Assembly (NCBI RefSeq): GCF_963506605.1
Contig: NC_083283.1
Coordinates: 39,060,001 to 39,124,000 of the forward strand
DNA length: 64,000 bases
DNA from: Zootoca vivipara
Taxonomy: Eukaryota
Reading direction: 5' to 3'
Numbering within the stretch: position 1 is the stretch's first letter; every line of letters starts with the position of its first letter. A model generated the notes under the pieces. The model was given only the letters and a program-made list of their open reading frames with translations, had not been told where the DNA came from and made no database searches. Of this stretch, positions 24,957 through 37,307 are shown piece after piece. Position numbers and translations under genes: made by a program.

Positions 24957-25070
24957 ATAAACAAGCTGGAGGCTTGCCTCAGGCAGCCGGGGTGCTTGGA
25001 TGGTAATAGGATTCAACTGAAGGAAAATGAGCACCGGATGAAAGAAGGCTGCATTACTTGGAGCTGTAAG
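24957..25070 (+). other. Orphan exon-like segment (114 nt, phase 0-0)
   Basis: Long pyrimidine tract ending ttttgcag|A, donor AAG|GTATGT, open frame INKLEACLRQPGCLDGNRIQLKENEHRMKEGCITWSCK; no recognisable homolog. Confidence 0.35.
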
Positions 25071-26241
25071 GTATGTGTTGCTGAATGCTCAGCCTGGGAT
25101 ATAAATCCTTCCCCCAGTCCTACCATATAATGCCATCTTGAACCAACCTGCAATGAAAAGTCAAGCACAGAGGTTAGCCTTGTCATTGTGATGGATGGGG
25201 ATAATAAGAAATGTACATGTACAAGAGAGTCTGGGATTTGAGCATCAGATATGATCACAGTTAAGCACAGGCCCATAAAATTGGGCTAGATTGATCTATG
25301 AGTGGTTTCTAAAGGAACATATTGTGGTACAAAATCAGGATTGAGACTTGGTAGGTCCAGTCCACACCACTGCTGTGTTTCCTGGATGGCCAAAACTACA
25401 CATGATGCAGAAGGCCCATGACTGGAACTCCTGAGACCTTCATTTGGACATAAAAGCAAATCCAGGGAAGCCCTGGCACTGGTGAAGGTGTTTCAACCTC
25501 TTCCTCCTGTACTGCTTTTCCGATTCAAGTTTTTCCTCTTCCAGCTACTGTTCATCCAGATGAAGGAAAATACAAGCACAACATTCTGTACCCATATTTT
25601 CCCCTTAGTGAAATACAGAAGCTTTTTGGTGGTGTGAGGGGGGTGTCTCTCAATTGAGAAAGCAGCAAGGGAGGAAAGAGTTAATTATCCCACTTCCCCA
25701 AGTGGCTTTGCTACAGTCAGAACTGGAACTCACTGCATCTGCTTTCAAGCACAAACAAAAAGGATGTGAGTCAGTTCTGATGACAGATCTCCCACCCCAT
25801 TTTATATGCAGTTTGGCCTTTAGAGACCCCAGTATTAGGCAACTAATTTTAACAAGACCTATAAGCTGAAATCTGCAGAGATTCAAGGACCAGCAACAAC
25901 AAACTCCATTCCTTGGTGGGTCATGGCTTTGGCTGCTTTCTCTCCTGTGAGAAAAGGCAGCACAGGAGTGAGAGAAGTTCTGTCTCCAACCTTCTCAGCT
26001 CACTCTCGTGTGATCTTTGCAGTGGCAAGAACCAGTTGAGAAAAGTAAGTGGAGGGCTCTGCTAAAGTCTCTGCTGGTGTTCATGCTGGGAAGGAGATGA
26101 TTAAAGATCTCTTGGCCTGCATCTCAGCTCAAATTGGAAAGGAGGTGATTCTGGTGCACAACAAGGGGGAAAGTCCCTTGGATAAGCAGGAATGTTGGGG
26201 GAAGATTGAGCTCCCAGGCTTATCTCTATTTAAAATAGAAT

Positions 26242-26674
26242 ATAGTCCAGTGGCAGAGAAACTGCTTTGCACACAGAAGGTCTAAGGTTGAGTTCCCAGC
26301 ATCGTCAGGTAGGGCTTAGAGAGATCCCAGTCTGAAACCCTAGAGAGTTGTTGATAAGTAAGGGTAGACCAGGGGTCTCCAAGCTAAGGCCCAGGGGCCG
26401 GATGCTGCCCAATCGCCTTCTAAATCCGGCCTGCGGACAGTCCAGGAATCAGCATGTTTTTACATGAATAGAATGTGTCCTATTATTTAAAATGCATCTC
26501 TGGGTTATTTGTGGGGCATAGGAATTTGTTCATCATTATTTTTCAAAATATAGTCCGGCCCCCCACAAGGTCTGAGGGACAGCCCACGGCTGAAAAAAAT
26601 TGCTGACCCCTGGGGTAGACAGATGGACAGATGGATCAGTTGCCTTAGTACAAGACATCTTTCTATGCTCCTAA
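26242..26674 (+). mobile_element. Old tRNA-derived squamate SINE interrupted by a hAT element
   Basis: Degenerate tRNA-like head (cagtggcagag...ggttgagttccc) and ttctatgctccta tail, split at 26370-26612. Confidence 0.65.
26370..26612 (+). mobile_element. Non-autonomous hAT-Charlie element (OC1-like)
   Basis: Termini caggggtc...gacccctg; perfect 8-bp TSD gggtagac (26362-26369 / 26613-26620). Confidence 0.9.
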
Positions 26675-26798
26675 GCTACTATGACACTGTGCTTAAAAAC
26701 AACTATAAGTGGGTGCACTCTGTCTTTTCTTGGACATGCTCAAGGAAGCCAGGGAGGCATTTGTTTGCAACTAGATATAAGTCTGAGCATTTTGACCA

Positions 26799-26956
26799 CA
26801 ACTGGATGCCTTCAACTGCCCCAGCTGCAACAAAACATGTCTCTCTTGCATCAGTCTCTACAGCCACAGCAAGCACTGCAACCTTCCAACAGTTTGACTT
26901 CAGCCCCAAAGATACTCTCCGCCATTGTCTCCCGAGACAAACGGATGCCAACAACC
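26799..26956 (+). mobile_element. RTE-1-type LINE 3' end
   Basis: C-terminal zinc-finger-like FNCPSCNKTCLSCISLYSHSKHC; tail ccattgtctcccgagacaaacggatgccaacaac; 20-bp TSD with 1 mismatch (26779-26798 / 26965-26984). Confidence 0.8.
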
Positions 26957-28789
26957 GAGCTATAAAGTCTGAGTATTTTGACCATGTCAGGGCACTGAAA
27001 ACTGACCTGCTAATTGATGTAAGTCTTAAAAAAAAACTTGATTGGAAAATGATTAATTAGCAATGGACTCCTGCAGGGGGAGAGGTTTTGCCTTTGAGCC
27101 TTCTAATTAACCTCTGGAGCCTTTTGGACATGGCGTACAACTATGAAAAGGATCATTTATTTGTGTGTCCTAGGCAGGTCAATGGCCTTTTATCAGATTC
27201 CCAATGGGTACAGGTGAGACATCACTCCAGTACTCTGTAGGTGCTACCTTCTATTTAATGTGCCGGAAAATTCCATGGTAAGGAATACTCCAATGGTAGT
27301 GTCATATATCTCTCTGAAAGGAGGACACATTAATATCTTCACTTTGCCTTTCAGTGGAGCCAGATAACCTGAACGATTGAGTCATGCCCTTCAACAGAAT
27401 AAAAACATCTCACAAAGAACCAAGGTTTGTGCTTTCTGCTTTGCAAGAACAGCAGTGCTGCTAACAACACAGTCATCTGCTTTCTAAAAAATATTTATTT
27501 AGAGGGCTGGATTGCAAACAAAACAACTTCAGTGTCATTGACAAACAACAAAGAACTTGCACTGAGAGTTTTAACATTTAAAAAGACAAATGGCCAAATT
27601 AATCTAGTCACTCTCTTTGGGGTATTGTTTTGTGCATAGCAGGCACAGTCAATAATTTTCAACATTGTTTGGTTTGTCATTAAAGCTCTGAAAAATGTAA
27701 AAACCCACAAGATCGCTTCACTTCATAATGGCTCCTGTTCTGATATTTGACTTCTGAATTCATCTAAGCTATTCATCTGGGCAGGACATTCTTTCAAAGC
27801 TTAGGTTTCAGCATATAAATAAAGGGTTTCATTGAAATACAATGTTTGTATGAAGGCATTCCTGAAAATAGTGTTGCATTGCACCAAGGAAAATGGTTTT
27901 AGAAAGATGTGAATGAGGATGTGAATAATAAGGTTTGATGTTTTCTTGTAAGTGTTCGCCCCCATCTCCTTAAAGATGATGTTTGGCTATCTTTCAGAAG
28001 AGATGTGTCTGAGTCAATGATAGCTTTATTCATCCAGAGTTTCAATTATATGTGAATGCCCTGTGTAGTGCTGCTCTTGGACAGCTCTTAATCCTGGTCA
28101 TGATCAAAGGGAACACACCATCAAAAAAAAATTGAGAGTATTTCACTCAGAGAGAAATTTAGAAATTTTTTTTTCCAAATTTCCAAAAACCTGGGGATTT
28201 GTGTGTGAGACACCTTTCGAAGGGCATCGGCACAATTGTTTGGTACTGGAGTTCAGATAGATCATTCATTCACTCTTCAACTAGAAATGCTCCCGCAATA
28301 GTTTACAGATCAATAGAAATACCCTTGGGGAGTTTTCCATTAGCACCACACTAGATGTGATATTAAATGTGTATAAGCATTTAATGTGACCTATTTTTGT
28401 TTTTTACATAGCAGCTGCCATGGAGGGGGACCATCAGGACTCAAGCTCAGGGGCAGGAGGGCTTTAACACTTGCCCACACTATGGTCTTGATGCCATTAG
28501 CTCTGGGAGGGAACCCTGTGCTAGAAACTTCCATCCAGTATGTTTGCAAAAATTGGCTGATTACTTCCTGGCACCCTTGCATTATTTATTTGGCTGCTAC
28601 CAACAGGTTGCGATACCTTCCTAAGTTATCTAGGAAACCTCCCTAGAAGATGGCTTGAATAACTCCCCCTTGTTTTATTCGCCTCTCCCCAAACACACTG
28701 CACACTGCACTCTGATCAAATTCTGCCAACTCTGCATGGCATAATTCATTTAGTTTAAATCCTAGCTTTTCAGCTATCAAAGGAATGCA

Positions 28790-28931
28790 TGGTGGGTTCT
28801 CCTTCCTTGGAGGTTTTTAAGCAGAAGTTGAATGGTCATCTGTCATGGATGCTTTAGCTGAGAATCCTGCATTGTTGGGGGTTGGACTAGATGACCCTTG
28901 GTTCCCTTTCAACTCTGATTCTATGATTCTA
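28790..28931 (+). mobile_element. CR1 3' end with ATTCTATG tail
   Basis: ggaggtttttaagcag...gggttggactagatgacc...attctatgattcta; similar piece at 17110-17222. Confidence 0.85.
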
Positions 28932-29969
28932 ATTTCTAACTATGTTGTTTCCAAAGTTTCTGAAGTTTGAGCTGGTGAGACGTGGTCAGCAATTCACAAT
29001 CGGCACACAGAGAGATTGAAAATGTAAGTGGCTGAAACATAGAAGCATTTGATAAATTACCGCAATCAACACAGGCTTTCATGAATCAAATATAATGGAT
29101 AAATACAACTGTTTTGTAACAATTTGTTGTCCCATACGAATGAAATGAGCTTCTTCTTTTGTCTCTTCCCCATTGATGTTTGTTAAATATAAAGAAAACC
29201 TGGTAAAGCATTCACAAGACTATCAGAAAAGAAAGCACAATTGCCAATAAGAAATGTGATTCAATGGCATGTCGTATCCAACTGATTGATTGTTAAATAA
29301 AAGCACAGCAATTCCACCAATCTTTGGTTTGTTTAATATATGTTGTGGCTCCAGCAGATATTTATGCTCTGTTGGTCTTGGAGGTGATGAAAAGAGCTGG
29401 GCATGGACTATTGAAAACAACTACTGAATGCAAAACTGCATCCAGAGCAAAAAGAACTGCTGCATTGTTGACAGTTTTGTGTTGCAGAGAGTAGGGTATT
29501 TAAACTTTTCATAAAAGTAAGGCAATGGATATAGGTGGGAAACTGCTGTTTCTTGAAAGGGGCCTATTCATGCTGCTAGATATTAACCAGACCAAAGCCA
29601 AAATGCTATGTAGAGAGGTTTGCATTAAGTTTGCTCAAGAGTTTTGTCTTTAGAAAATGTGGCAAGGAGAGTGTTCAAGGCTAATGGATGACTTATCCTG
29701 GAAACCCAAGCAGTGATCTCTCATGGCAGGAAGATGAAACCTGAGAACTCAGCATCTTAGTTAGTCGTTGGAGCCAGCAGCATTATAAACTCCAGGTGAG
29801 CAATCTTGAACAAGCAAGATGCTTGCATAGGATCTCTCTCTCTCGGGGAGCAGAGAGAGGAAAGTTACTGAACTGTATTAAGGACTTAAAGAATACAGGA
29901 TCACGTTGTTTGCTTGTTTAAAAGCAATGTAATATTTTGTATTTTGCAACATTTAATTGTAAATGTTTT

Positions 29970-30169
29970 AAGACAGTTTCCAGTAAAGTTTTGCAGTTGT
30001 TTGTTGTGATGGAGAATATTCATTTCTGTTCTGCAGAAAGTCCAGACCAGGGATTCTGCTTGCAACAACAAGACAATTTCCAGTAAAGTTTTGCAGTTGT
30101 TTGTTGTGATGGAGAATATTCATTTTTGTTCTGCAGAAAGTCCAGACCAGGGATTCTGCTTGCAACAAC
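29970..30169. repeat. 100-bp tandem duplication (2 copies)
   Basis: 29970-30069 and 30070-30169 differ at 2 positions. Confidence 0.95.
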
Positions 30170-30470
30170 TCTAACAGTGCATTTTTAATAGAAAACCAAA
30201 GAAAAGTGTTTGTGTGCATATTTGCCAAGATATTCACTACTGCAGTATTAAATGTGCATATTTTGCTTGTGCATTTAATCAATAAATATCCCCGTATTAA
30301 GACCTGTGTGACTAAGTTACCAGATAAATCTCCAAATATGTGCTGCCATCACTAGAGATTCTAATTCACAAGACTCTTAAAATGTGTGAAAACCCATCTA
30401 CCAAAGAAGGTCGCTCACACCGGTTAAATGTGTACAAGACTGCAGCTCAACTTTTATTATTCTGGACAAA

Positions 30471-30617
30471 ATAGAACCATAGAATTCTAGAGTTTGAAGG
30501 GACCACAAGTGTCATCTAGTCCAACCCCCTACAATGCAGGAAACTTTCTCCCAACATGGGACTTGAACTCCTGGCCCTGAGATTAAGAGTCTTAGGCTCT
30601 ACCGACTGAGCCATCCC
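30471..30617 (-). mobile_element. tRNA-Lys(CTT)-headed SINE with CR1 tail
   Basis: Reverse strand gctcagtcggtagagc..agactcttaatctcaggg..gttcaagtcccatgttggg, then ggggttggactagatgac...attctatggttctat. Confidence 0.8.
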
Positions 30618-31797
30618 CTGCCTTCCATGATGCCTCTTTCCTTTAAACATGTGCAGAAAAATCCCCTCTGAAACGAAACATGTAATGGGCTAAATGCTAA
30701 ATGCCTGACATTTAGAGACAGCAGAACAGGGGATCTACTGCTAGGTTATGAGCACCAGGCTCATGAAAATCCTAGCCCCAAGAAGGGTGAAGTAGCAGAC
30801 TTATTTTTACCTCAGCTAGTGGTTATCACTTGACCTTGTTTGGCTCCTTTGACCTCAGCAGCATCCTTTGTCTTTTGAAAAGTACATTACTTAGCACCAT
30901 GACGCATTGGCCTAAATACAGCTCTCACATGAGAATGCAGGAGACCTTTTGCTGGCAAGCGACAGAGGTGTGTGGGAGCAGTAGATAACTTCCCCTCAGT
31001 TTATTAGGAAGAGGTCAAACCTTAATTGCTACTTCCAATGCTGTGTTAATGTAATGTATAGGACTGCACCGCTGGCCATTCTTTAAGGCCTTCCTGGCAT
31101 CTGAGGACTATGACTGCACAGAGCCAAGAATCGAAGAAGGCCAACATATGCCTTTAGCATCAGCTCCATTTTCCTCAGCTTCCGATTTGTTGTTTTGTTT
31201 CTATGATAAATAATTCATCCCAATAAAGATAGAACTGCCAAGGGCCTTATCTGGCTTTCCCATCGTATGGAACAAAGTGGTCTCAGAGTACATCAATGAG
31301 GCAAATAATTGAAGTGGAGGGAATTTAAGTACCATACTGATTCTGAGCACCGGCAAAAATTCTGCTTTGGGAACTTACAATAATTGCAGTTAGAAGAGCA
31401 TGATGTCCTTGGTTGACTATCCAGTACTACTGGTTTCTATGGGAATTGAATGCAGGGTAATTGTTATTACTTAGTAGCCATTCAGTTATACCATTGATCC
31501 TGAAAGAACATCAATTTTCATTAAAAAACACCCTTAAGCTCTTAAGATGCCTAGCCTTTTGTTCTTCTCCAGCCCGTTCTTAAGACATTCTTTTAAATAA
31601 ATCTCACTTTTGCAAATATGCCACAAACACGAGTTTAAGAACTTTTTAAAAAATTGACCTGGTAATGAGCATGGGACTTTTAATTTTGTCAGAAATATGA
31701 CAGAGATCTCTGGCAGATGAAGTATACAACAGTTCCCTCTCCTTATGTAAATGTTTAATTCATAGGAGAGCACCCATACTGCAGTAGTCATTCAGAG

Positions 31798-31982
31798 CAG
31801 TGGTCCCCAACTGGTGGTCCGCAGACTGCAAGGGGTCTGTGTAACCCACCCAGGGGGTTTGTGGCACCAGTTGCATAACAGAAACTACCATAGAGATACC
31901 AACATTTTCAAAAGTAGGGGGTCCATGGCTTGGCTTTTGAAAAACAGGGGGTCTGCAGTACTTAGCTAATTGGGAATGGCTG
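31798..31982. mobile_element. Older hAT-Charlie non-autonomous element
   Basis: cagtggtccccaa...ttgggaatggctg; degenerate TSD attcagag / ttctagag. Confidence 0.7.
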
Positions 31983-34971
31983 TTCTAGAGGATGTGATTG
32001 ACACATCACAATGAGGATCCTATTTTGGATGTGCCTGTTTTCATTGGATGGGAATTCAACATAGTGCTAAGTGGGGTATGCATGCCAGGTCTCCTTGAGC
32101 AATGGAACTTCCTCCACTCTCTTCCCCCATGAGTCCCCACACAGTCCCTAAACCTATTGTGGGGCTTTTTTAGAGGGCACAAGTAGCACATGGGAGGAGG
32201 GGAGAATGCAAGTGGAAGAATGGTTTAAAAATTGTAGAAATTTTCAGCATAACAGTAGTTTGAAAAAGGAATGTGTTTAGTTTAATAATGGGGTCAGCAA
32301 CATGGTGCCCTTGAAAATGTCCTCTGATTTGTGCTGTGCAGTCTATCAATGTAAGCTCTAATTTCTGTGTAAAATAATGCTAGTTAAAGAGATTCTATTT
32401 TAATACTCCTGGCTTTTACTCAGACCTAGAGATGGGGAAGAAATTTGATTTAGTTCACACTTTGAGGTCATTATACTTAAATCTCACTTTCAGCAATGAT
32501 AGGCAAACCAAAACACAACCTTCCTTCAAAATGGGGCTTTCTCTGAATTTTGCAATGCAGTTCTCCAGCCAAAATGTGCCAAAATGTACATAAATACTGT
32601 GGTAAAGTATCCATATTGGTGGAAATAACATACCAAAATGCATTATTTATGGGGAAATTGCCTTGCAGAGATGTGTACATTCGGCAAAATGTCATACAGC
32701 ATATGCAGTTTAGGAGAAATTCACATTAAAATGCTGGTGAATTTTCATGAGGGCTTCTTATTTTTAGGTGCAAAGTAACGTGGAGAACTGAATCTAAGAT
32801 TAGAAAAATGAGCAACTGAAAAGAATGTCTATTGTGGGGATGATGGGAAGGAGGGAAGCAACCCAATAGCAGTTTCTCAAAATTCCAAATGTACCCAAGG
32901 CACCCCCCCAAAAAAGTTTGATGATCCTTGGTTTAATCCATGACTCATGAGGCCCATAATAATTTTAGTATATGTGTGTTTGTGTGTATATTTGTTTTGC
33001 TTAAAACTCTGTAGACCGTGGCAATTTTTAACCCTCAATCCCCCCCCCCCAACAAACAAACCATTAAATATTCATTAACTGGAGCGCTTAATTTCTCCTG
33101 TCTCATTATAGAAAAAGAGAAAAAACAAGCAACTGATTTCTCTGAGGAAATTCAAGTAAACATTATTTTAATGTATGGATGACAATGAAATGGGGTATGT
33201 AAAATTAGAAAGACGAGCAATTAAAACCGAGAGCAAACTTAATGAGTGTTGTTTGGTAGTGGCCAGACATTGCTTCCGAGTGCCAAGATAAAACCAGATG
33301 AAGTTTTGCTAGATCAGACATTGTTTGTAACATTGGAGTCATTGGATTCCAACACAGCAACCAGCAAGCAACATCCTTGAAAACTGGCCTTTTAAGTAAC
33401 CTGACTAGTGATGTCATGAGAAATCAAGTCATGTCTGTGAGTAGAATCAGGGCAAGAAGCATAGCCCATGTTGATCAGACTGTCCTCTATGCCCTTGATT
33501 TTGCTCATATACTCCTCAACACTTGATGTGCCATTCCTTGGTCACACACTGACAGAACAACACAGAGGTTTGCCTGAACTGGGCTAGAGAAGGCACACAA
33601 CGGAAGTGCAGATTGGTTGTTTGCAGCTAGCTAGTATAAATTCTCTGTCTGCCTCTCAGTAGATTATTGTTCTTCCTTGGTGACAGGAAACAAAATACAT
33701 TTCCTGGGGCTGTTCTTTTATTGACAGGCACTTGCTTCTGCTATGTGCAGACACTTGAGCTTCTGACTGAGAATGCAAGATGTAGATTTATAGGAAGTGT
33801 AAAAGAGAGAAGCTTTCGGCTGGATCCCAGCCTCACTGTGAACATTATTTTTATTGTTGTTATAAAAGGAATATTATAAAATGTTAGCAACATGAAGGAC
33901 CTATGTTGTTTTGATGGAAGTAACATTGACTGGAAAAGCAAATGTGACATCCTTAAACCTTTTGGAAGAGGAGATTTCAAGGGTACCATTTGGGCTGGGT
34001 TTTATTTTAATCGCTGCTTCTTCTCTGTGCCGCACCATTTCATTTCCCCCTTTCAGCTTGACCTAGTTGACACCTGCAGCAGACACTTTATCAAAGACCA
34101 GATCACAAGAGACACACAAAATGGTGCCAGAAAGTCTGAGCCAATATCACATCTTTCTCTGTGGCAACACAGATGGAAGGCCTGGCATAAGTTCATATGA
34201 AACAGAGGGTTTGAAACACTCTGTGGGAAATTTGCCAGAGTCTCAATCTTGTGTTGGACAGTGTGCAGTAAATGTTCTCAGAGTTTAGTGATTATGTGCT
34301 CTGACATATTGCTCATCTGACAAGCATCCCTGCATAAAGCCTACAGGTTTCAGAATATGTTAGGCTCTGGAACCTAAATATTGCATTCATTACCATAATC
34401 ATTATGCAATTCATACATTTTGGAACCCAAATATCATTACCATTACCGTAATCATTGGTAATTCCTACATAAACCTGCTTTAAAACAGCCATATGCTAAC
34501 AGTTCCATATTCCAAAATTGTGGAGGCTAGTTACAGTCCTTTCGAGGTGCAGGCAGAGGTAAGGCATACAGTTCCAGATCTGCATTTTTTTGCCACCCCA
34601 CTCTCCCTGACTGTGAACTACGAAAGATGAATTCTTTAAAGTGCTGTCTGGTGCCTTTCAAAGTTCCTCCAAATACTAATTTCCACCCCACCCCCTAAGC
34701 ACTGGCAAAGCATCTTCTGGAAGCACCTTGCCTCGAGGTAGATGGATGGATGGTGGATTTTCCCCTTAAATGCAATCACATGGTTAAAATCGCATCTAGC
34801 TTGGCCTTTCAATGAGGTCTGGATTCATCAATGATCCAAATCAATAAAAGGCTTCATAAAATAAGTTTATACTCTGGGTATACTTTAAAATAGTCTTATT
34901 ATACCACATGTTCCATGCTGATCCCTGGCATGGAAACCAGCTCTGGTAAGACTTAGCTCAAATTAAGTTCT

Positions 34972-35116
34972 NNNNNNNNNNNNNNNNNNNNNNNNNNNNN
35001 NNNNNNNNNNNNNNNNNNNNNNNNNNNNNNNNNNNNNNNNNNNNNNNNNNNNNNNNNNNNNNNNNNNNNNNNNNNNNNNNNNNNNNNNNNNNNNNNNNNN
35101 NNNNNNNNNNNNNNNN
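34972..35116. other. Assembly gap (145 N)
   Basis: Run of N; the right flank has short tandem ccccacaaatcccatca-like repeats inside a MITE remnant. Confidence 1.
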
Positions 35117-35305
35117 GTGTCCTTGGAATCTTTTGGACCACAAATCCCATCAGCCCCATCAACCCCACAAATCCCATCAACCCCGATGGAGCTAGAGTTG
35201 GATCTGTGGTCCGAAATATCCAGAGGCCACCAAGTTGATGAAAGCTGTGGTAGAGGGTGGTTTTCTCTTTCAATTAAAATTTGCAAAGTTATATATAGGC
35301 CTAGT

Positions 35306-35519
35306 TAGGGTTGCCAGACTGAATAAAGGACAGGACTTCTGTGCCTTTAATTGCCCTGCTCTCTTTTGAGTCTGGAAACCTTAAAGAGAAACCATCAGAC
35401 CCTTTGTGGAAAATTAAACAAAGGGTCTGCTGGTTTCTCTTTAAGGTTTCCAGACTCAAAAGAGAGCAGGGCAATTAAAGGCACAGAAGTCCTGTCCTCT
35501 ATTGAGTCTGGCAACCCTA
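35306..35519. mobile_element. Fold-back hAT MITE (TAGGGTTGCCA termini)
   Basis: 102-bp inverted arms with 3 mismatches and a 10-bp loop; TSD ggcctagt / ggcctagg. Confidence 0.92.
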
Positions 35520-36251
35520 GGCCTAGGTCTGAGGGAATCAGGGGTGGGAGGGAGATGGTTTAAGTAGAAATGTGCAGTGTGTGTCTTATTTTCTCTGTGT
35601 ATCACCCTCTCCAACATGCAAAGAGCCACACATGAAAAGGAAATCACATTTACTTTGAGCACCGCACATCTTTAAATATGGAACAAAAATGTTCAGTGGT
35701 GCTTTAAGTGGAATTGTATTCCCAAAGCCAGATGTGGTATACATCTTTCCCTAAAAGAGAGGGGGGAAATGGCCTAAAGGGTATGTGCAAGGAGTCAAGG
35801 TCATCCCACATGATACTTAATTGATAGAAACAGGGAGATTTTCTTTATGGTTAACAGCTTGATATATTTCTCCTTTTCCGGCAACCCAAAGTAACCCATA
35901 CTCTTAATCATGTCCCAAAGATGCCTAAGGGGGGGTTGGTCTTTTGCATGGGGGGGGAGCCCTTTCAAAGTACCAAATACTTGAGAATGGAAGAAATTGT
36001 TTCAGAGTCATTATCAATAGCTCACTCTCAAAAAGTTCATTCAGTGACCATTGCAGAGAGAAGCTCACAGGGGCAGCTGGGTCCAGCATGACCTAATGTT
36101 TTCTGAGATAAGTACAGCTACTGGAAACCAATCAGAAACACATCAGAGGGCAATTATGCTACATTTCTGGCACCTGATACAATGTGTTTTCAATGCAATA
36201 GAGCTTAACAAAAGGGACAACTATATTCTGCATTGATATGTAGATCAAGAT

Positions 36252-36393
36252 ACAAAATTCCTTCAGTAGCACCTTGAAGACCAACTAAGTTTTTATTTTG
36301 GTATGAGCTTTCGTGTGCATGCACACTGTGTGCATGCTCCTGAAGGAATTTTTTTATTTTGTTTCGACTCAGACCAACACGGCTACCTATCTG
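36252..36393. mobile_element. Penelope-like element remnant (inverted pLTR pieces)
   Basis: agtagcaccttgaagaccaactaagt...gagctttcgtgtgcatgcacac and agaccaacacggctacc; 15-bp TSD tatgtagatcaagat (36237-36251 / 36394-36408). Confidence 0.8.
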
Positions 36394-36455
36394 TATGTAG
36401 ATCAAGATTTTAAGGTAAAAAGTATGAAGGTGACTTAAGCCTGATCTTACTACAT

Positions 36456-36490
<35 letters not shown>

Positions 36491-36732
36491 GAGAGAGTAT
36501 GTGTGTACAGGATGGAGTGTGCATGCATTTCCTTTATTCTGTTATATCATGCACCGTTATGTAACTATCTCCAGAACACCTAGAAGCCAGTACATCAGAT
36601 TTGTTGTGCTGCCAATCACCCCATTGCCAAATGTGATGCAGACCCAGTTGTGCATCTTGATATTGAGCAAATATGGTGTGTGATAATGACAGAAGGGAAG
36701 ATTCTCATATATTGGTACGCTAAAGATTTCTT

Positions 36733-37260
36733 GCTCTATGTGGGGCTGCCTTTGAAGGTGACCCGGAAACTACAACTAATCCAGAATATGGCAGCTAGAC
36801 TGGTGACTGGGAGCGGCCGCTGAGACCACATAACACCGGTCTTGAAAGATCTACATTGGCTCCCAGTACGTTTCCGAGCACAATTCAAAGTGTTGGTGCT
36901 GACATTTTAAGCCCTAAATGGCCTTGGTCCAGTATACCTGATGGAGCGTCTCCACCCCCATCATTCTGCCCGGACACTGAGGTCTAGTGCTGAGGGCCTT
37001 CTGGCGGTTCCCTCGTTGCGAGAAGCCAAGTTGCAGGGAACTAGGCAGAGGGCCTTCTCAGTAGTAGTGCCCGCCCTGTGGAACGCCCTCCCATTAGTTG
37101 TCAAAGAGAAAAATAGCTACCAGATTTTTAGAAGACATCTGAAGGCAGCCCTGTTTAGGGAGGCTTTTAATCTTTAATTGATTATGTTATTCTTCTGTTG
37201 GAAGGCGCCCAGAGTGGCTGGGGAAGCCCAGCCAGATGGGCGGGGTAGAAATAATAATAA

Positions 37261-37307
<47 letters not shown>
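36733..37307 (+). mobile_element. L2 LINE 3' fragment with (ATT)n tail
   Basis: LQLIQN.AARLVTG...HITPVLKDLHWLPV...RAFSVV.PALWNALP...FRRHLKAALF. Confidence 0.92.

Noticed and set aside
26623-27060. 145-aa ORF (also 57825-58286, 37178-37588, 42693-43109)
   Set aside because: Chance read-through of TE fragments or microsatellites with no coherent protein signal.
30550-30617. tRNA-Lys gene (and tRNA-Ile at 39415-39485)
   Set aside because: The stems are degenerate and both are fused to CR1 tails, so they are SINE heads.
34953-35286. ORFs spanning the N run
   Set aside because: Artifacts of the assembly gap.
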